A stretch of 64,000 nt of DNA from Elusimicrobiota bacterium (GTDB lineage: Bacteria; Elusimicrobiota; Elusimicrobia; UBA1565; UBA9628). Positions 42,403 through 51,545 of the stretch are shown in pieces. The stretch lies in NCBI GenBank assembly GCA_016234805.1, contig JACRNU010000028.1, positions 2,973 to 66,972 of the forward strand, in the 5' to 3' direction. The position numbers were made by a program, and so were the translations under genes. How positions within the stretch are numbered: the first letter of the stretch is position 1; the number at the start of each line of letters is the position of its first letter. Under the pieces are notes generated by a model. The model was given only the letters and a program-made list of their open reading frames with translations, did no database searches and was not told where the DNA came from.

Positions 42403-45048
42403 TCAGCGGACCCACTTGCAGGCTTCGGCGAAGCCCATGCCGCACGCCTTCTTGTAGAGCTCCACGGCCCTGGACTCGTCCTGGCCCACTCCTTGGCCGT
42501 GGTCGTAAGCGGCGCCGAGGCTGAAGCAGCCGTGACCGTCGCCACCGTCGCATCCCTTGGCGAAGAGCGCCGCGGCCTTGGACTCGTTTTTGGCCACTCC
42601 GCGGCCCCCCAGATAGAGGATGCCGGCATTGACGCACCCGGTGAGGTCCCCGGCGTCGCACGACTTGCTCAACAGCTCGAAGGCCTTTGCTTCGTCCTTC
42701 TTCAACCCGGTCCCCTCAGCGTACAGACCGGCCAGGCCTGAGCAGCCGAGCTGCGCCCCGGCGTCGCACGCTATCCGATAGAGCTCGGCCGCTTTCTGGA
42801 AGGATTGGGCCACGCCGCGGCCATAATGGTACATGACGCCCACGGCCGCGCAGCCATACTGATACCCCGCGTCGCACGCCTTGCGGTAGAGCTGGACCGC
42901 CTTGGCCGCGTCCCTGGCCACGCCGAGCCCGTTCTCGTGCATGACCCCCAGGTTCTTGCAGCCTTCACAATAGCTCGCGTCGCACGCCTTGCGGTAGAAA
43001 CCGGCTGTCGCGGCCTCGTCCCTGGCAACCCCGGACCCGCTCTGGTGCATGCCGCCCAGGAAAGAGCAGCCCCGGCCATCGCCATGGGTCTCGCAGGCTT
43101 TGCGGTATGATTCCACGGCAAGGGCCGAGTCCCTCGGGACGCCTTTGCCGTTCTGCTGCAGGACCCCAAGGTTGGAGCAGCCCCGCCCGACCCCCGAGTC
43201 GCAGCCCTGCCGGTAGAGTTCTGCGGCCCGCGCATCGTCCTGGGCGACGCCCTTGCCGAACTCGTGCATGAACCCGGCTGAGACGCAGGAGTCGTTGTAG
43301 CCGAGGGCGCAGGCACGGCCGTAGGACTTCGCGGCCAGAGTCTCGTCCTTGTCGAGGCCGAAGCCGTTCTCCTGGACGTAGCCGAGATTGGCGCAGCCGA
43401 TGGGGAGGTCTCCATCGCAGGCTTTGCGGTAGAGCCCCGCTGCCTGGCCGAGGTCCCTGCCGATCCCCCTGCCCGAGGAATACGCATCGCCAAGGTCGTA
43501 GCAGGACTGGAGGTCGCCCAGGTCGCAGGCCTTGCGCCACAAGCCCGCGCCCTTGGCAGGGTCCATGTCCGTCCCGTATCCATAATAGCGGCTCGTACCG
43601 AGCCCGGCGCAGCCTGTTCCCTCGCCGCGATCACAAGCCTTGGCCATGAGCGCGAGGATCGGAGACAGAGGCCTGAGCTTTTCCCCCATCTCGTAGGTGA
43701 TGCCGGTGGAGCCGATGTAGGTCTCCGCGAACTGGACGGCCCAGCGCTTCTTCTCGCCCTCTGAGACGACCTTGAGTCCGAGCAGGTCCGACAGCTTCGC
43801 CCAGTCCTCGTCCCTTGTCTTGAGAGCCTTCTGCCGGACCTCAGAGGCCGCCTTCCGCTGTGCGGAGAACGCCTCCCACTCCGAAGCGCGCTTCTCCGCG
43901 AGCGCCAGGAATCGCGGCGCTTGCCGGCCGAGGCTCTTCCAAGTCTCGGCCTTGTTCTCCGGAGACCCGTCGCCCTTGTCCAGTTCCAGGGCATGTTCGT
44001 AGAGCTTCAGGGCAGCGACATCCACCTGCCGGAAATCCAAGCCGGCCGAGTCCGCGGACAGGGCCTTGGGAGCCTCCGCCTTGGGCACCGCCGGCAAGGC
44101 CGAGACCTGGAACATGGCGCTGGCGCTCCCGCCCGCCGTGGCCTTGGAAAGGCCGGCGAGGTCCGGCCCCTTCTCTCCAGGGGACGCGGCCACGAGCGCG
44201 GTCCCGTCGCCGATGAGGTCCGGGGTCTGGTCGCGTCCCCTCAGGGTCGCTTCCAGCGCGTCCGAAGCGTACCGCCAGAGGTCGCTGCCTGTGACGACGG
44301 CCTTGGCCGTGGCCCACCCACGCAAGCCGCCCAGGACCAGGTAGCTGAACGCGGGCCGCTTCTCCCCCGGGAGCGCTCCAGCGAACTGGTCGCCCTTGGC
44401 AGCGGTCAGCACGGTCATCCTGGAATCCGCGGGACCGGCCGCGGCCACGACCACGAGCGGCTGCAGCCCGGGCGCCAGGGAGCCGCCTCCTTCCACGCGG
44501 CCCGAGAAGCAGGCGTCAAGGATGACGCGGATGGACCCGGCTTTGGACTTGGCCAAGGCCTTGAGGAGCTCGCTCCTGCGCACGCTGTAGCGCTCCAGGC
44601 TCTTGGCCTTCTGCTGGGCATCCACGGCCACGAGCAGGCCGTCCTGGCCGTCCTTGGCGGGCGCGCCATGGCCCACGAACACGAACCAGAGGGTCCCGTC
44701 CTGCCCGGCTTTGTCGCCCGCGGAATGCACCGCGTCCATGGTCTCGTCGGCCGTGGCATCCATCCCGGTCAGGAGCCGGATGTTCTGGGGAGGGACGCCG
44801 CGCGTCTCGGTCAGGTAGTCGAACCAGGCCTTGGCATTGGCCCCGGCTCCGGGCACGTCCGGCACGAAAGCGTAATCCTCGATGCCCACGATGACCGCGG
44901 CGTCGCTCCCTCCCCCGCCGACCCGCGGAGCCGGCTTCGAAAGGTCGGGCCACTCCTGGGCGATCGCGGGGAGCCCCTGCCAGGCCAGGACCGCGGCCAG
45001 AAGCAGTACAGCCGGGAATCGGGGATAGCCGTTCATGGATCGCCTCAT
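42403..45048 (-). CDS. Exported caspase-family (peptidase C14) domain fused to 11-12 Sel1-like repeats of the Cys-bracketed (Helicobacter Hcp-like) type
   Basis: The signal peptide is ...FPAVLLLAAVLAWQGLPAIA|Q. The caspase His/Cys dyad context is FVFVGHGAP and RVILDACFSG. The C-terminal 411 aa are ~36 aa units of the form ACDxGxxxGCxxLGxxYxxGxGVxxDxxKAxxLYRK. Confidence 0.8.
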   Translation of the reverse strand: MRRSMNGYPRFPAVLLLAAVLAWQGLPAIAQEWPDLSKPAPRVGGGGSDAAVIVGIEDYAFVPDVPGAGANAKAWFDYLTETRGVPPQNIRLLTGMDATADETMDAVHSAGDKAGQDGTLWFVFVGHGAPAKDGQDGLLVAVDAQQKAKSLERYSVRRSELLKALAKSKAGSIRVILDACFSGRVEGGGSLAPGLQPLVVVAAAGPADSRMTVLTAAKGDQFAGALPGEKRPAFSYLVLGGLRGWATAKAVVTGSDLWRYASDALEATLRGRDQTPDLIGDGTALVAASPGEKGPDLAGLSKATAGGSASAMFQVSALPAVPKAEAPKALSADSAGLDFRQVDVAALKLYEHALELDKGDGSPENKAETWKSLGRQAPRFLALAEKRASEWEAFSAQRKAASEVRQKALKTRDEDWAKLSDLLGLKVVSEGEKKRWAVQFAETYIGSTGITYEMGEKLRPLSPILALMAKACDRGEGTGCAGLGTSRYYGYGTDMDPAKGAGLWRKACDLGDLQSCYDLGDAYSSGRGIGRDLGQAAGLYRKACDGDLPIGCANLGYVQENGFGLDKDETLAAKSYGRACALGYNDSCVSAGFMHEFGKGVAQDDARAAELYRQGCDSGVGRGCSNLGVLQQNGKGVPRDSALAVESYRKACETHGDGRGCSFLGGMHQSGSGVARDEAATAGFYRKACDASYCEGCKNLGVMHENGLGVARDAAKAVQLYRKACDAGYQYGCAAVGVMYHYGRGVAQSFQKAAELYRIACDAGAQLGCSGLAGLYAEGTGLKKDEAKAFELLSKSCDAGDLTGCVNAGILYLGGRGVAKNESKAAALFAKGCDGGDGHGCFSLGAAYDHGQGVGQDESRAVELYKKACGMGFAEACKWVR
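42406..43638 (-). repeat. Coding tandem array of eleven full and one partial ~108 bp Sel1-like repeat units
   Basis: The periodicity is read from the translated protein. Units are diverged at the DNA level. Confidence 0.75.
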
Positions 45049-45111
45049 GGCCAGAGTCTACTTCCCTTGTGGGCGGCAGTCAAATGAGCGGCCGCGAACC
45101 GCGGAGGCTGG

Positions 45112-46353
45112 TCAGCGCTTCTCTGGGCTGAGCTTCTCGGACCAGGCCTGCCAATCCATGAAGGGGCCCATCCGGCCCTGGTCGTAGGCCTGGCGCTTGA
45201 CGGACTGCTTCCAGCGCTCGGATGAGGCTGCCAGGCGCTTGAGCGCGGCGGCATCGAGGACCACGGTGTCCACACCGTCGCTCACCACGGCAGCGAGGAA
45301 ATCCCCATCCACCCTGGGCTGCCTGCTGAGGACCTCCCCCTGCCTGACCTTGATGGGGTCGGAGGGGTTGTTGATGATGATGAGCACTCCAGGGACCCGT
45401 CGGCCGGCCGCGCGGGTGCCGCCGTAGCTCGAACCGCCGTCGAGACCCTGCACGCCCCAGAACTCCGCGCTCTCCCCGCTCATCCCGGAATAGGAAGAGG
45501 TCGCCTCGATGCCGCCGCTGAAGATCATGCCGAAGAGCCTGTCCAGGGTGGTGCCGTTGGAGATCACGGAAGAGGGGTTGAGCCCCTTGCCGGCGAGGAC
45601 GCTCTTGCCGGCCGCGAGCAACCTGTCGCGGATCGCGCTCTGAGATCGGGCGATGACCGCGGCGTCCCCGCGGGAGTAGGCTGCCTTGGCTTTCGCGAGG
45701 GGCTCAGCCACAGGGCCCTCTTTGAGGGACTTGAAGACCTGGACCAGGACCTTCCTGAAATGGAGCGGGTCGGAACCTGAGCCCTGGGAGTCCGGGGAGC
45801 GCGTCAGCCGTCCGAGCCAGTCCAGGACGCCGGGAACAGAGCCCTCGGGCTGGGCTCCAGAGACATCCACAGCCGGGGCGAAAGCCTTCTGGTCGAAAAC
45901 CGCCGCATTCGCGCCGTATCCGTGCTCGGGCCGGTCCTCGGATCGCGCGGCTCCGACTCCCAAGGACTCGGCTTGCTTGAGCACCTCGAGCGGAGTCCGG
46001 GCAGGGGCGACAGCAGGAAGGGTCTCGGCAGGAGCAGGGGTGATGACAGGGATCGGCAGAGCAAGCTCAGGCGCGAGCCCTAGAGCCGCGTCCGAGAGGC
46101 TCGCGTCCAGATCGATGACCGGGGCAGGCGCTCCGATCCCTGGAAGGCCGGCCGCGGACAGCCCCGCGCCAGGCACGGAGAGTTCAGGCAGGACAGCGGG
46201 AGACGCCCCGAGACTCAGGCTCGGGACGATGGAAGGACTCCCTGAGACCTTGGAACCGGACTTGGAAGACCCAGCCGAGACACCGGCAGCCCAACCAGCT
46301 TGCGTACCGCAAGCCAGGAAGAATGCCAGCAGGCAGGAGAACCCAGTCCTCAT
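45112..46353 (-). CDS. Lipoprotein with Pro/Ser/Leu/Ala-rich linker and C-terminal domain of unknown function
   Basis: The start is reset to MRTGFSCLLAFFLAC|G, which contains the lipobox FLAC. The linker resembles that of 18249..19274. I do not recognise the C-terminal ~230 aa. Confidence 0.6.
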   Translation of the reverse strand: MRTGFSCLLAFFLACGTQAGWAAGVSAGSSKSGSKVSGSPSIVPSLSLGASPAVLPELSVPGAGLSAAGLPGIGAPAPVIDLDASLSDAALGLAPELALPIPVITPAPAETLPAVAPARTPLEVLKQAESLGVGAARSEDRPEHGYGANAAVFDQKAFAPAVDVSGAQPEGSVPGVLDWLGRLTRSPDSQGSGSDPLHFRKVLVQVFKSLKEGPVAEPLAKAKAAYSRGDAAVIARSQSAIRDRLLAAGKSVLAGKGLNPSSVISNGTTLDRLFGMIFSGGIEATSSYSGMSGESAEFWGVQGLDGGSSYGGTRAAGRRVPGVLIIINNPSDPIKVRQGEVLSRQPRVDGDFLAAVVSDGVDTVVLDAAALKRLAASSERWKQSVKRQAYDQGRMGPFMDWQAWSEKLSPEKR

Positions 46354-46482
46354 ATCGATAGGATGGCGGTTCGAGGCACTTTTTTCAAGTGGCAAGAGTC
46401 CTATAAGAAAGGCCGAAAGACCTAGAAGCCATCCGAAAACCCTAGTATAATATCATCGAGGTCCGCTTCAGGAGGCCCTTCC

Positions 46483-47055
46483 ATGAAATGCCCGGTATGC
46501 AAGAAGGACGAGTTCTCTTCCGAGGAGATGGGAGATGGCCTGGCCGCCCTGCGCTGCGACGAATGCCAGGGCCACTGGCTGCCGTCCTTCGTGTACTGGA
46601 AATGGCTCTCCAGACGGGGGCACAACGCACCCGAGATACTCGGCGGGGCGGACAACCCCCAACCAAAGTCCCCACCAAAGGGCGGGAGGCTCTGCCCTGA
46701 TTGCGGCCGCATCCTGATCAAGTATCGCGTGAAAAAAGGCGTCCCGTTCACCGTGGACCGGTGCGGCAATTGCGCCGGCCTCTGGCTGGACCAGGGAGAG
46801 TGGGCCTACCTAAAGAAGCGGAATTTGCACGACGACCTGGACTATATCTTCACCGCGGTATGGCAGACGCGTATCCGCAAGGAGGACTCCGCGGACGCCG
46901 CCGCAGAGAGCCTGGCCAAGGCCCTGGGCCCGGCGGACTTCAAAGTGGCCAAAAAGATCCGGGTCTGGCTGGACCAGCACCCTCTGCGCAGCAGGATACT
47001 GGCATACCTCACCGGCTCGGCGCTCTGCCTGGCCTTGCTGGTCCCTTCGCGCTAG
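46483..47055 (+). CDS. Double zinc-ribbon protein (TFIIB-type zinc-ribbon family) with a C-terminal hydrophobic tail
   Basis: It has two CPxC...CxxC units (MKCPVCKK...CDECQGHWL and CPDCG...CGNCAGLWLDQGEW). AGGAGG lies 7 nt upstream of the ATG, and TATAAT lies at 46446..46451. Confidence 0.7.
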   Translation: MKCPVCKKDEFSSEEMGDGLAALRCDECQGHWLPSFVYWKWLSRRGHNAPEILGGADNPQPKSPPKGGRLCPDCGRILIKYRVKKGVPFTVDRCGNCAGLWLDQGEWAYLKKRNLHDDLDYIFTAVWQTRIRKEDSADAAAESLAKALGPADFKVAKKIRVWLDQHPLRSRILAYLTGSALCLALLVPSR

Positions 47056-47059
47056 CAGC

Positions 47060-47461
47060 GTGGGCCCGGTCGAGGTCCGGCTGATCGTCGGCGGCATCGC
47101 CGGCGCCGTGATCGGAGCGATCATCGTATTCACCACGATGCTCAAGGCGTGGCGGATCGCGGGATGGGTCCATCCCCCTGGCTCGCCCTGGTCGCTCCTT
47201 CCCTGCGTGTTGATCTTCACCGTCGCGGGACTCCTGGCCGGGTGGCTGACCGGCGTGCGGAGCGCGTGGCTGCGCCATCCCTCGATCGGGGCTGTCGTCG
47301 GGTCAGCGGCCGGGAGCTTCCTGGCGATCTCGCATCCCTACGCCAGCCTCATCCAGCCGCCCCAATGGACGGTCCCTCAGGCGACGACCGCGTGCGGCAT
47401 GGTGGGGATGGTCATCGGGGCCGCGGCTGCGGCGATCGATTCCCTCCGGTCCCGGCGTTAG
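47060..47461 (+). CDS. Small Gly/Ala-rich membrane protein, 4 predicted TM segments
   Basis: GTG start, 4 nt after the previous stop. The evidence is the hydrophobic periodicity. Confidence 0.5.
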   Translation: MGPVEVRLIVGGIAGAVIGAIIVFTTMLKAWRIAGWVHPPGSPWSLLPCVLIFTVAGLLAGWLTGVRSAWLRHPSIGAVVGSAAGSFLAISHPYASLIQPPQWTVPQATTACGMVGMVIGAAAAAIDSLRSRR

Positions 47462-49205
47462 CCTTCTCAGCCCGGCCGCCTTCCTCGGCCTTGCGCATCC
47501 TGACTCGAAGCGCCTCCACGTCCGCCTTCCACCATGGCCGCCCCTTATCCAAGGACTCGGCCTTTTCCACGGCGGCCCAGGCCTCGACCGGCTTGCCGGA
47601 CTCCGCGAGGTAGACCCCGAGATCCAGCCACAGCGTCGCGGCCATGGGGTTGAGCTCCGTTGCTCTCCTCTGATGCAGGACCGCGGCCTCCAGACTGGCG
47701 GGATCCCGGGTCGCCTTGAATCGGGCATGGTGGACCCGCGCCAGCCCGCGTTCCGGCTCGAAGTGGCGCGAATCGTATCCCGCGGCCGCGGAGAAGGCGT
47801 CTTGGGCCGCGGCCAATTCAGCGGTCTGGAGCGCCGCCTCGCCTTCCACGAGAAGCCGGCTGGCCAGCCACGGCTGGAAGATCCAGGGCAGGGAGCAGAT
47901 CGCCAGGGCCGCGGCCGCGATGGCGCCGGACTTGCGGGGCGCCCACGCCGGGCCCCCTCCCGGAGCGACCGCGAGGCCCATGCAGAGCGCGATCGCGATC
48001 TGCACCGCCAGGTACTCGATGCTGACGTTGACCACGGCGAACGACAGGAAGAGCATGGTTCCCAGCGCGAACGGCCAGCGCTCCTGCATCGTGCTCCCCA
48101 GCCGCCGCGCCTGGCGCAGCCACCACGCGCCGAAGACAGCCAGGCTCGCGGTCCCGATGATGCCCGTCTCCGCCAGCAGGCCCAGGACGAGGCTGTGGCT
48201 GTAGGTGATGCTGAGCTCGGCGGCCGGATCCCGGAAGCTCGGGTAGGCGAACTCGAAACAGTCGGGCCCCACGCCCAGCCAGGGGCGGCTGAGGAACATC
48301 TTCCAACCGCTGGCCCACCAACTGAGGCGCATCAAGGGATCCCCCGACCGCATGGGCAGGCCGGTCACGAAACAGCTGAATTGGAGCTTCTTCCAGAGAA
48401 GCCAGGCGACCGCCGAGATCCCGAGGACCGCCCCCCCGCCGGCCCATGACCGGTGACGCTCCACCCATCTCAGGACGGTCCGCGGCCCTGCCAGGAAGGG
48501 CACGCACAGCAACACCAGGACGAGGCCCGAGACGCATTCCGCCAACGGGATGAGGGACAAGGCGCCGATCAGTCCGGCGTCCCAGTAGCAGCGCTGCCAG
48601 AGCCCGGCCCCTCTCCCTCGCCACACCTTGAGAGCCAACGCCGGGATCCAGGGCAGGGCGAAGGCCACGGCCGCTTGGGCATTGGGAAACGTGCCGGGGG
48701 CCTGATAGTTGAAGAAGTTCTTAGCCTGCAGATGCTGGACGAACATGAGGCAGCCCTCGAAAGCGAGGACAGGGACCAGCGAGGCCAGGAAAGCGTCCCG
48801 GGCGGACTGCTCTTTGAAAGCCCTCATGGAGACGAAGAACATCCCCAGAACGCACAGCCAATCCATCAAGCCAAAGAGCGAGTCTCCGGGATTGACCGCC
48901 TGCCTCCACGAAAGCCACATCGCTCCGCCGACGAGGGCCAAGGGCGCGGCCGCGCCCAGGGGCAGACCATCTTTTTCCCGGGACCAAGCCGCGGCCAGGA
49001 CGCCTGCCCCCAGCCAGAGCAGCGTGACCGTGTAGACCGCGGTGGCGGCCCACAGGTCATGGGCCCCCTGCGCCAGGGCGGCCAAGGAGAGGACGACTCC
49101 GAGAAAGACCCCTCTGGCCGTGTCCCGGCCGGCCGACTCCCTTCCTGAGGTCGGCCGGGACGCTCGGCTTCCGGCCTCGACCGCGTCCGACATTTCGGGC
49201 TTCAT
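47412..49205 (-). CDS. O-antigen ligase/polymerase-like (Wzy_C-type) membrane protein with a C-terminal TPR domain
   Basis: It has more than 10 TM segments. The loop WWASGWKMFLSRPWLGVGPDCF...YSHSLVLGLLAETGIIG is typical of O-antigen ligase-like proteins, and the C-terminal ~150 aa are TPR-like. Confidence 0.75.
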   Translation of the reverse strand: MKPEMSDAVEAGSRASRPTSGRESAGRDTARGVFLGVVLSLAALAQGAHDLWAATAVYTVTLLWLGAGVLAAAWSREKDGLPLGAAAPLALVGGAMWLSWRQAVNPGDSLFGLMDWLCVLGMFFVSMRAFKEQSARDAFLASLVPVLAFEGCLMFVQHLQAKNFFNYQAPGTFPNAQAAVAFALPWIPALALKVWRGRGAGLWQRCYWDAGLIGALSLIPLAECVSGLVLVLLCVPFLAGPRTVLRWVERHRSWAGGGAVLGISAVAWLLWKKLQFSCFVTGLPMRSGDPLMRLSWWASGWKMFLSRPWLGVGPDCFEFAYPSFRDPAAELSITYSHSLVLGLLAETGIIGTASLAVFGAWWLRQARRLGSTMQERWPFALGTMLFLSFAVVNVSIEYLAVQIAIALCMGLAVAPGGGPAWAPRKSGAIAAAALAICSLPWIFQPWLASRLLVEGEAALQTAELAAAQDAFSAAAGYDSRHFEPERGLARVHHARFKATRDPASLEAAVLHQRRATELNPMAATLWLDLGVYLAESGKPVEAWAAVEKAESLDKGRPWWKADVEALRVRMRKAEEGGRAEKANAGTGGNRSPQPRPR

Positions 49206-49217
49206 GGCGCGCCAAGG

Positions 49218-50453
49218 TCAGGAGAGGGCAGGATCCGGCCGGCCGTGGGGTTTGCGCAGGTCAAGGATCCAGAGCCCTCCCCGAGCAGCCAGGATGAGGA
49301 CGAACGGCATCACGGTCACCCGGTAGCGGATGACCGCCTGGCTGATGGAAAAGCTCAGGGTCAGGACGAGCAGGAAAGCCCCCATCCAGCGGACCCAGGG
49401 CCGCCCCCAGCCGAGGATCAGCCCACACACGGCCAGGGGCAGAAGCCAGCCGTCGGAGCCCAAGGCCAGGAGGCGGACCATCGAGGTATTGTGCGTGTAG
49501 GCCCTGTCGCGCGGAACGATCCTCCAGATGCCGAAGAACCTCCCGACGCAGTCCTTCGCGAACCACATGGGTCGATCCCAGGCCATCTTCAAGGACGCGT
49601 CCCGGAAGGCGCGGTTGCTCTCCACCTCAGGCAGGAGGGCGAACCGCTGGTACTCGGTGTCGTCTCCCGGCCTGCCCAAGATGGCGTTCTGCGCGTCGGT
49701 GCCCCGGATCTCGTAGGGCACCGTGAAGGAGGTGTACATCTCCACTCCGAGACAGGTCGAGGTCGGGACGAAGGCCCGCATCACCACGGCGTTGCGGATG
49801 ACCCAAGCCCCCAGCATGCCGGCGGCCACGAGCGAGAAGGCCAGGAAGCCCTTCCAGCGCCGCGGCCGGCCCGCGCCGAACGCCAGGAACGCGCCCATGG
49901 CCGCGGTCAAGGGGCCGGTCGCGGTGTTCGCCAGGCACATGAAGCCCGCGATGCCCCCGCCTACCGCGCCGGCCGGCGCGCTGCCGTAGCGCGCGAGCAG
50001 GAAGAATGCCGCCGATGCCAGGAACGCCAGCAGAGTCTCCCTGAAGATGAAGGCCGCGTAATAGATGAAATACGGGTAGAAGCACGCCATCCAGAACGCG
50101 AGACGCCCTACCCGCCGGTCGAAGACCAACACCCCCAGCAGGTAGACCAGGTAGACGGTGGCCGCGGACAGGACCGATTGGCCCGCCAGCAGCGCCCAGG
50201 GGCTATGGCCGGGGAGGGCGTAGAGACCCGCGATGAACAAGGGGTAGCCCGGCTCTCTGATGGCCGTGGGCGTGGGCGGAGTGATCGTGTACATGCCGTG
50301 AGCCAGGAGGTTCAGGCCGAGCCGCTCGTAGTCGTAGAAGCTGCCGAATATCTGCTTGCCGTCGAAGGAATAGGCCGCGAACCCGAACCTCAGGACCAGG
50401 GCCACGGCCAAGCCCAACAGAAGTTCGCGGCGGCTAGGGACTTCGTTCTGCAT
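49218..50453 (-). CDS. ArnT/PMT-like GT-C glycosyltransferase (family 39/83-like)
   Basis: The start is reset to MQNEVPSRRELLLGLAVALVLRF. It has DYERLGLNLL...REPGYPLF and multiple TM segments. Confidence 0.7.
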   Translation of the reverse strand: MQNEVPSRRELLLGLAVALVLRFGFAAYSFDGKQIFGSFYDYERLGLNLLAHGMYTITPPTPTAIREPGYPLFIAGLYALPGHSPWALLAGQSVLSAATVYLVYLLGVLVFDRRVGRLAFWMACFYPYFIYYAAFIFRETLLAFLASAAFFLLARYGSAPAGAVGGGIAGFMCLANTATGPLTAAMGAFLAFGAGRPRRWKGFLAFSLVAAGMLGAWVIRNAVVMRAFVPTSTCLGVEMYTSFTVPYEIRGTDAQNAILGRPGDDTEYQRFALLPEVESNRAFRDASLKMAWDRPMWFAKDCVGRFFGIWRIVPRDRAYTHNTSMVRLLALGSDGWLLPLAVCGLILGWGRPWVRWMGAFLLVLTLSFSISQAVIRYRVTVMPFVLILAARGGLWILDLRKPHGRPDPALS

Positions 50454-50523
50454 GAGTGGGCGGTCGAGCGCGTGCCCGGAGCCAGATGGTATCATTTAAA
50501 AAGGGTATACTCATGGGGCCGGT

Positions 50524-51366
50524 ATGAACGGGTCCACCTGGAAGGCGGCGGCGCTGGTCGCCGCGCTCTGCTGCGCTGCTCCCCGCGCCAACGCCGGGGA
50601 CCCGGCCGAATTCCAGACCGTCGCCGTCGAGAAAGGCGACAGCCTCCTGCTCTTCGCCCAGAAGCACCTCAAGGATCCCTCTCATTGGGTCGAGATATCC
50701 AAGTACAACTCCCTTCCTTCGCCGGACCCGAAAGCCGTCCTGCCGGCGATGACCCTGCGCCTGCCGACGCATCTCCTCAAGAGCGGTGCGCCGAGGGGAG
50801 CCCCGACCGCTCCCATAGGCCTGACCGGCGGGGGGGCGATCCCCGACATCAGGAGTCTGAAGGACGCCCTCACCGGATCGAAGTTCGCCGACGCCGTCTC
50901 CGGCTATCGAGTCGAGTGCGGCGTCAGCCGGGATTTCACCGAGCCGCTGGTGAGGATGACCTTCGATCCCGAGGCGCCCATCACGCCCGCAGCCCTGGCC
51001 CTGAGCGAGGGGACTTACTGGTGCCGAATCGCCGTGGTCGACCTGCTGGGGGACCAGGGCAAGTTCTCCGAAACGCGGCGCTATGGGATGGGGTCCGGCA
51101 CCTCTTCGGGCAGCATGAAGTCGCGGTTCACCATCATCAGTCCCGAGGAGGGAGATGTCATCGAGACCCGCGACTTCCGCGTCAAAGGGAAGGTCGCCAA
51201 GAACTTCAAGGTGCTCGTCAACGGCAGGCCCGTCCATCCGGACGCCAGGGGGATCTTCTCCGTCACCGTGAGGCTGAAACCGGGGAGCAACACGATCAAG
51301 TTCGCCGTCTCCGACGAATCCGGTGACCTGAGGTTCGTGGACAGGAACGTGACCTATCAGCCGTGA
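50524..51366 (+). CDS. Exported LysM-domain protein with Ig-like C-terminal domains
   Basis: It has a signal peptide (AAALVAALCCAAPRANA|G), a LysM domain (VAVEKGDSLLLFAQKHL...WVEISKYNSL) and a C-terminal beta-sandwich-like region (ISPEEGDVIETRDFRVKGKV). Confidence 0.75.
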   Translation: MNGSTWKAAALVAALCCAAPRANAGDPAEFQTVAVEKGDSLLLFAQKHLKDPSHWVEISKYNSLPSPDPKAVLPAMTLRLPTHLLKSGAPRGAPTAPIGLTGGGAIPDIRSLKDALTGSKFADAVSGYRVECGVSRDFTEPLVRMTFDPEAPITPAALALSEGTYWCRIAVVDLLGDQGKFSETRRYGMGSGTSSGSMKSRFTIISPEEGDVIETRDFRVKGKVAKNFKVLVNGRPVHPDARGIFSVTVRLKPGSNTIKFAVSDESGDLRFVDRNVTYQP

Positions 51367-51411
51367 GATTTGCAAGCGGATCCGGGCGGGAAAGGCGGGT
51401 CTTTCGGGGCT

Positions 51412-51467
51412 GGTCAGCCAGCCGGGCGAAGCCCGGCTTTACCGGCGGGGTCAGTCGGCGGAAAGGG
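51412..51467 (+). repeat. GC-rich REP-like palindromic element, copy C
   Basis: The sequence is ggtcagccagccgggcgaagcccggctttaccggcggggtcagtcggcggaaaggg. Confidence 0.8.
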
Positions 51468-51511
51468 AGTCGATAACGGGGCTTCGGCTTGCCGAAATGC
51501 GCGATTCCTGC

Positions 51512-51542
51512 TACAATTGTTAGGTAGACCTTACAATTGTTA
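51512..51542 (+). promoter_or_regulatory. Operator-like direct repeat: two copies of TACAATTGTTA (core palindrome ACAATTGT), start-to-start spacing 20 bp
   Basis: The copies lie at 51512..51522 and 51532..51542, immediately upstream of the ATG at 51546 of the wHTH-nucleotidyltransferase gene. Confidence 0.55.
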
Positions 51543-51545
51543 ACT

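Noticed and set aside
42406-43638. Regular ~108 bp periodicity that could be mistaken for a CRISPR-like or satellite array.
   Set aside because: It lies wholly inside one long ORF, and the periodicity is that of 36 aa Sel1-like protein repeats. The units are diverged and there is no repeat-spacer structure. I saw no CRISPR array anywhere in the window.
45112-45800. Possible ADP-ribosyltransferase-like toxin domain in the C-terminus of the lipoprotein (strings such as IFSGGIEATSSYSGMSGESAEF).
   Set aside because: I cannot place a convincing R / S-T-S / E-x-E triad with proper spacing. The resemblance is too weak to report as a call.
45825-46293. Pro/Ser/Ala/Leu-rich coding tracts, here and at 18869..19214, considered as possible DNA tandem repeats or contingency loci.
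   Set aside because: I could find no exact nucleotide repeat unit. The regularity is compositional at the protein level. It is retained only as a shared-architecture observation.
51537-51545. TTG start at 51537, given by the ORF track for the wHTH-MNT gene.
   Set aside because: It lies inside the second operator-like repeat. The ATG at 51546, just after the repeat, is the more plausible start, though neither has a strong SD.
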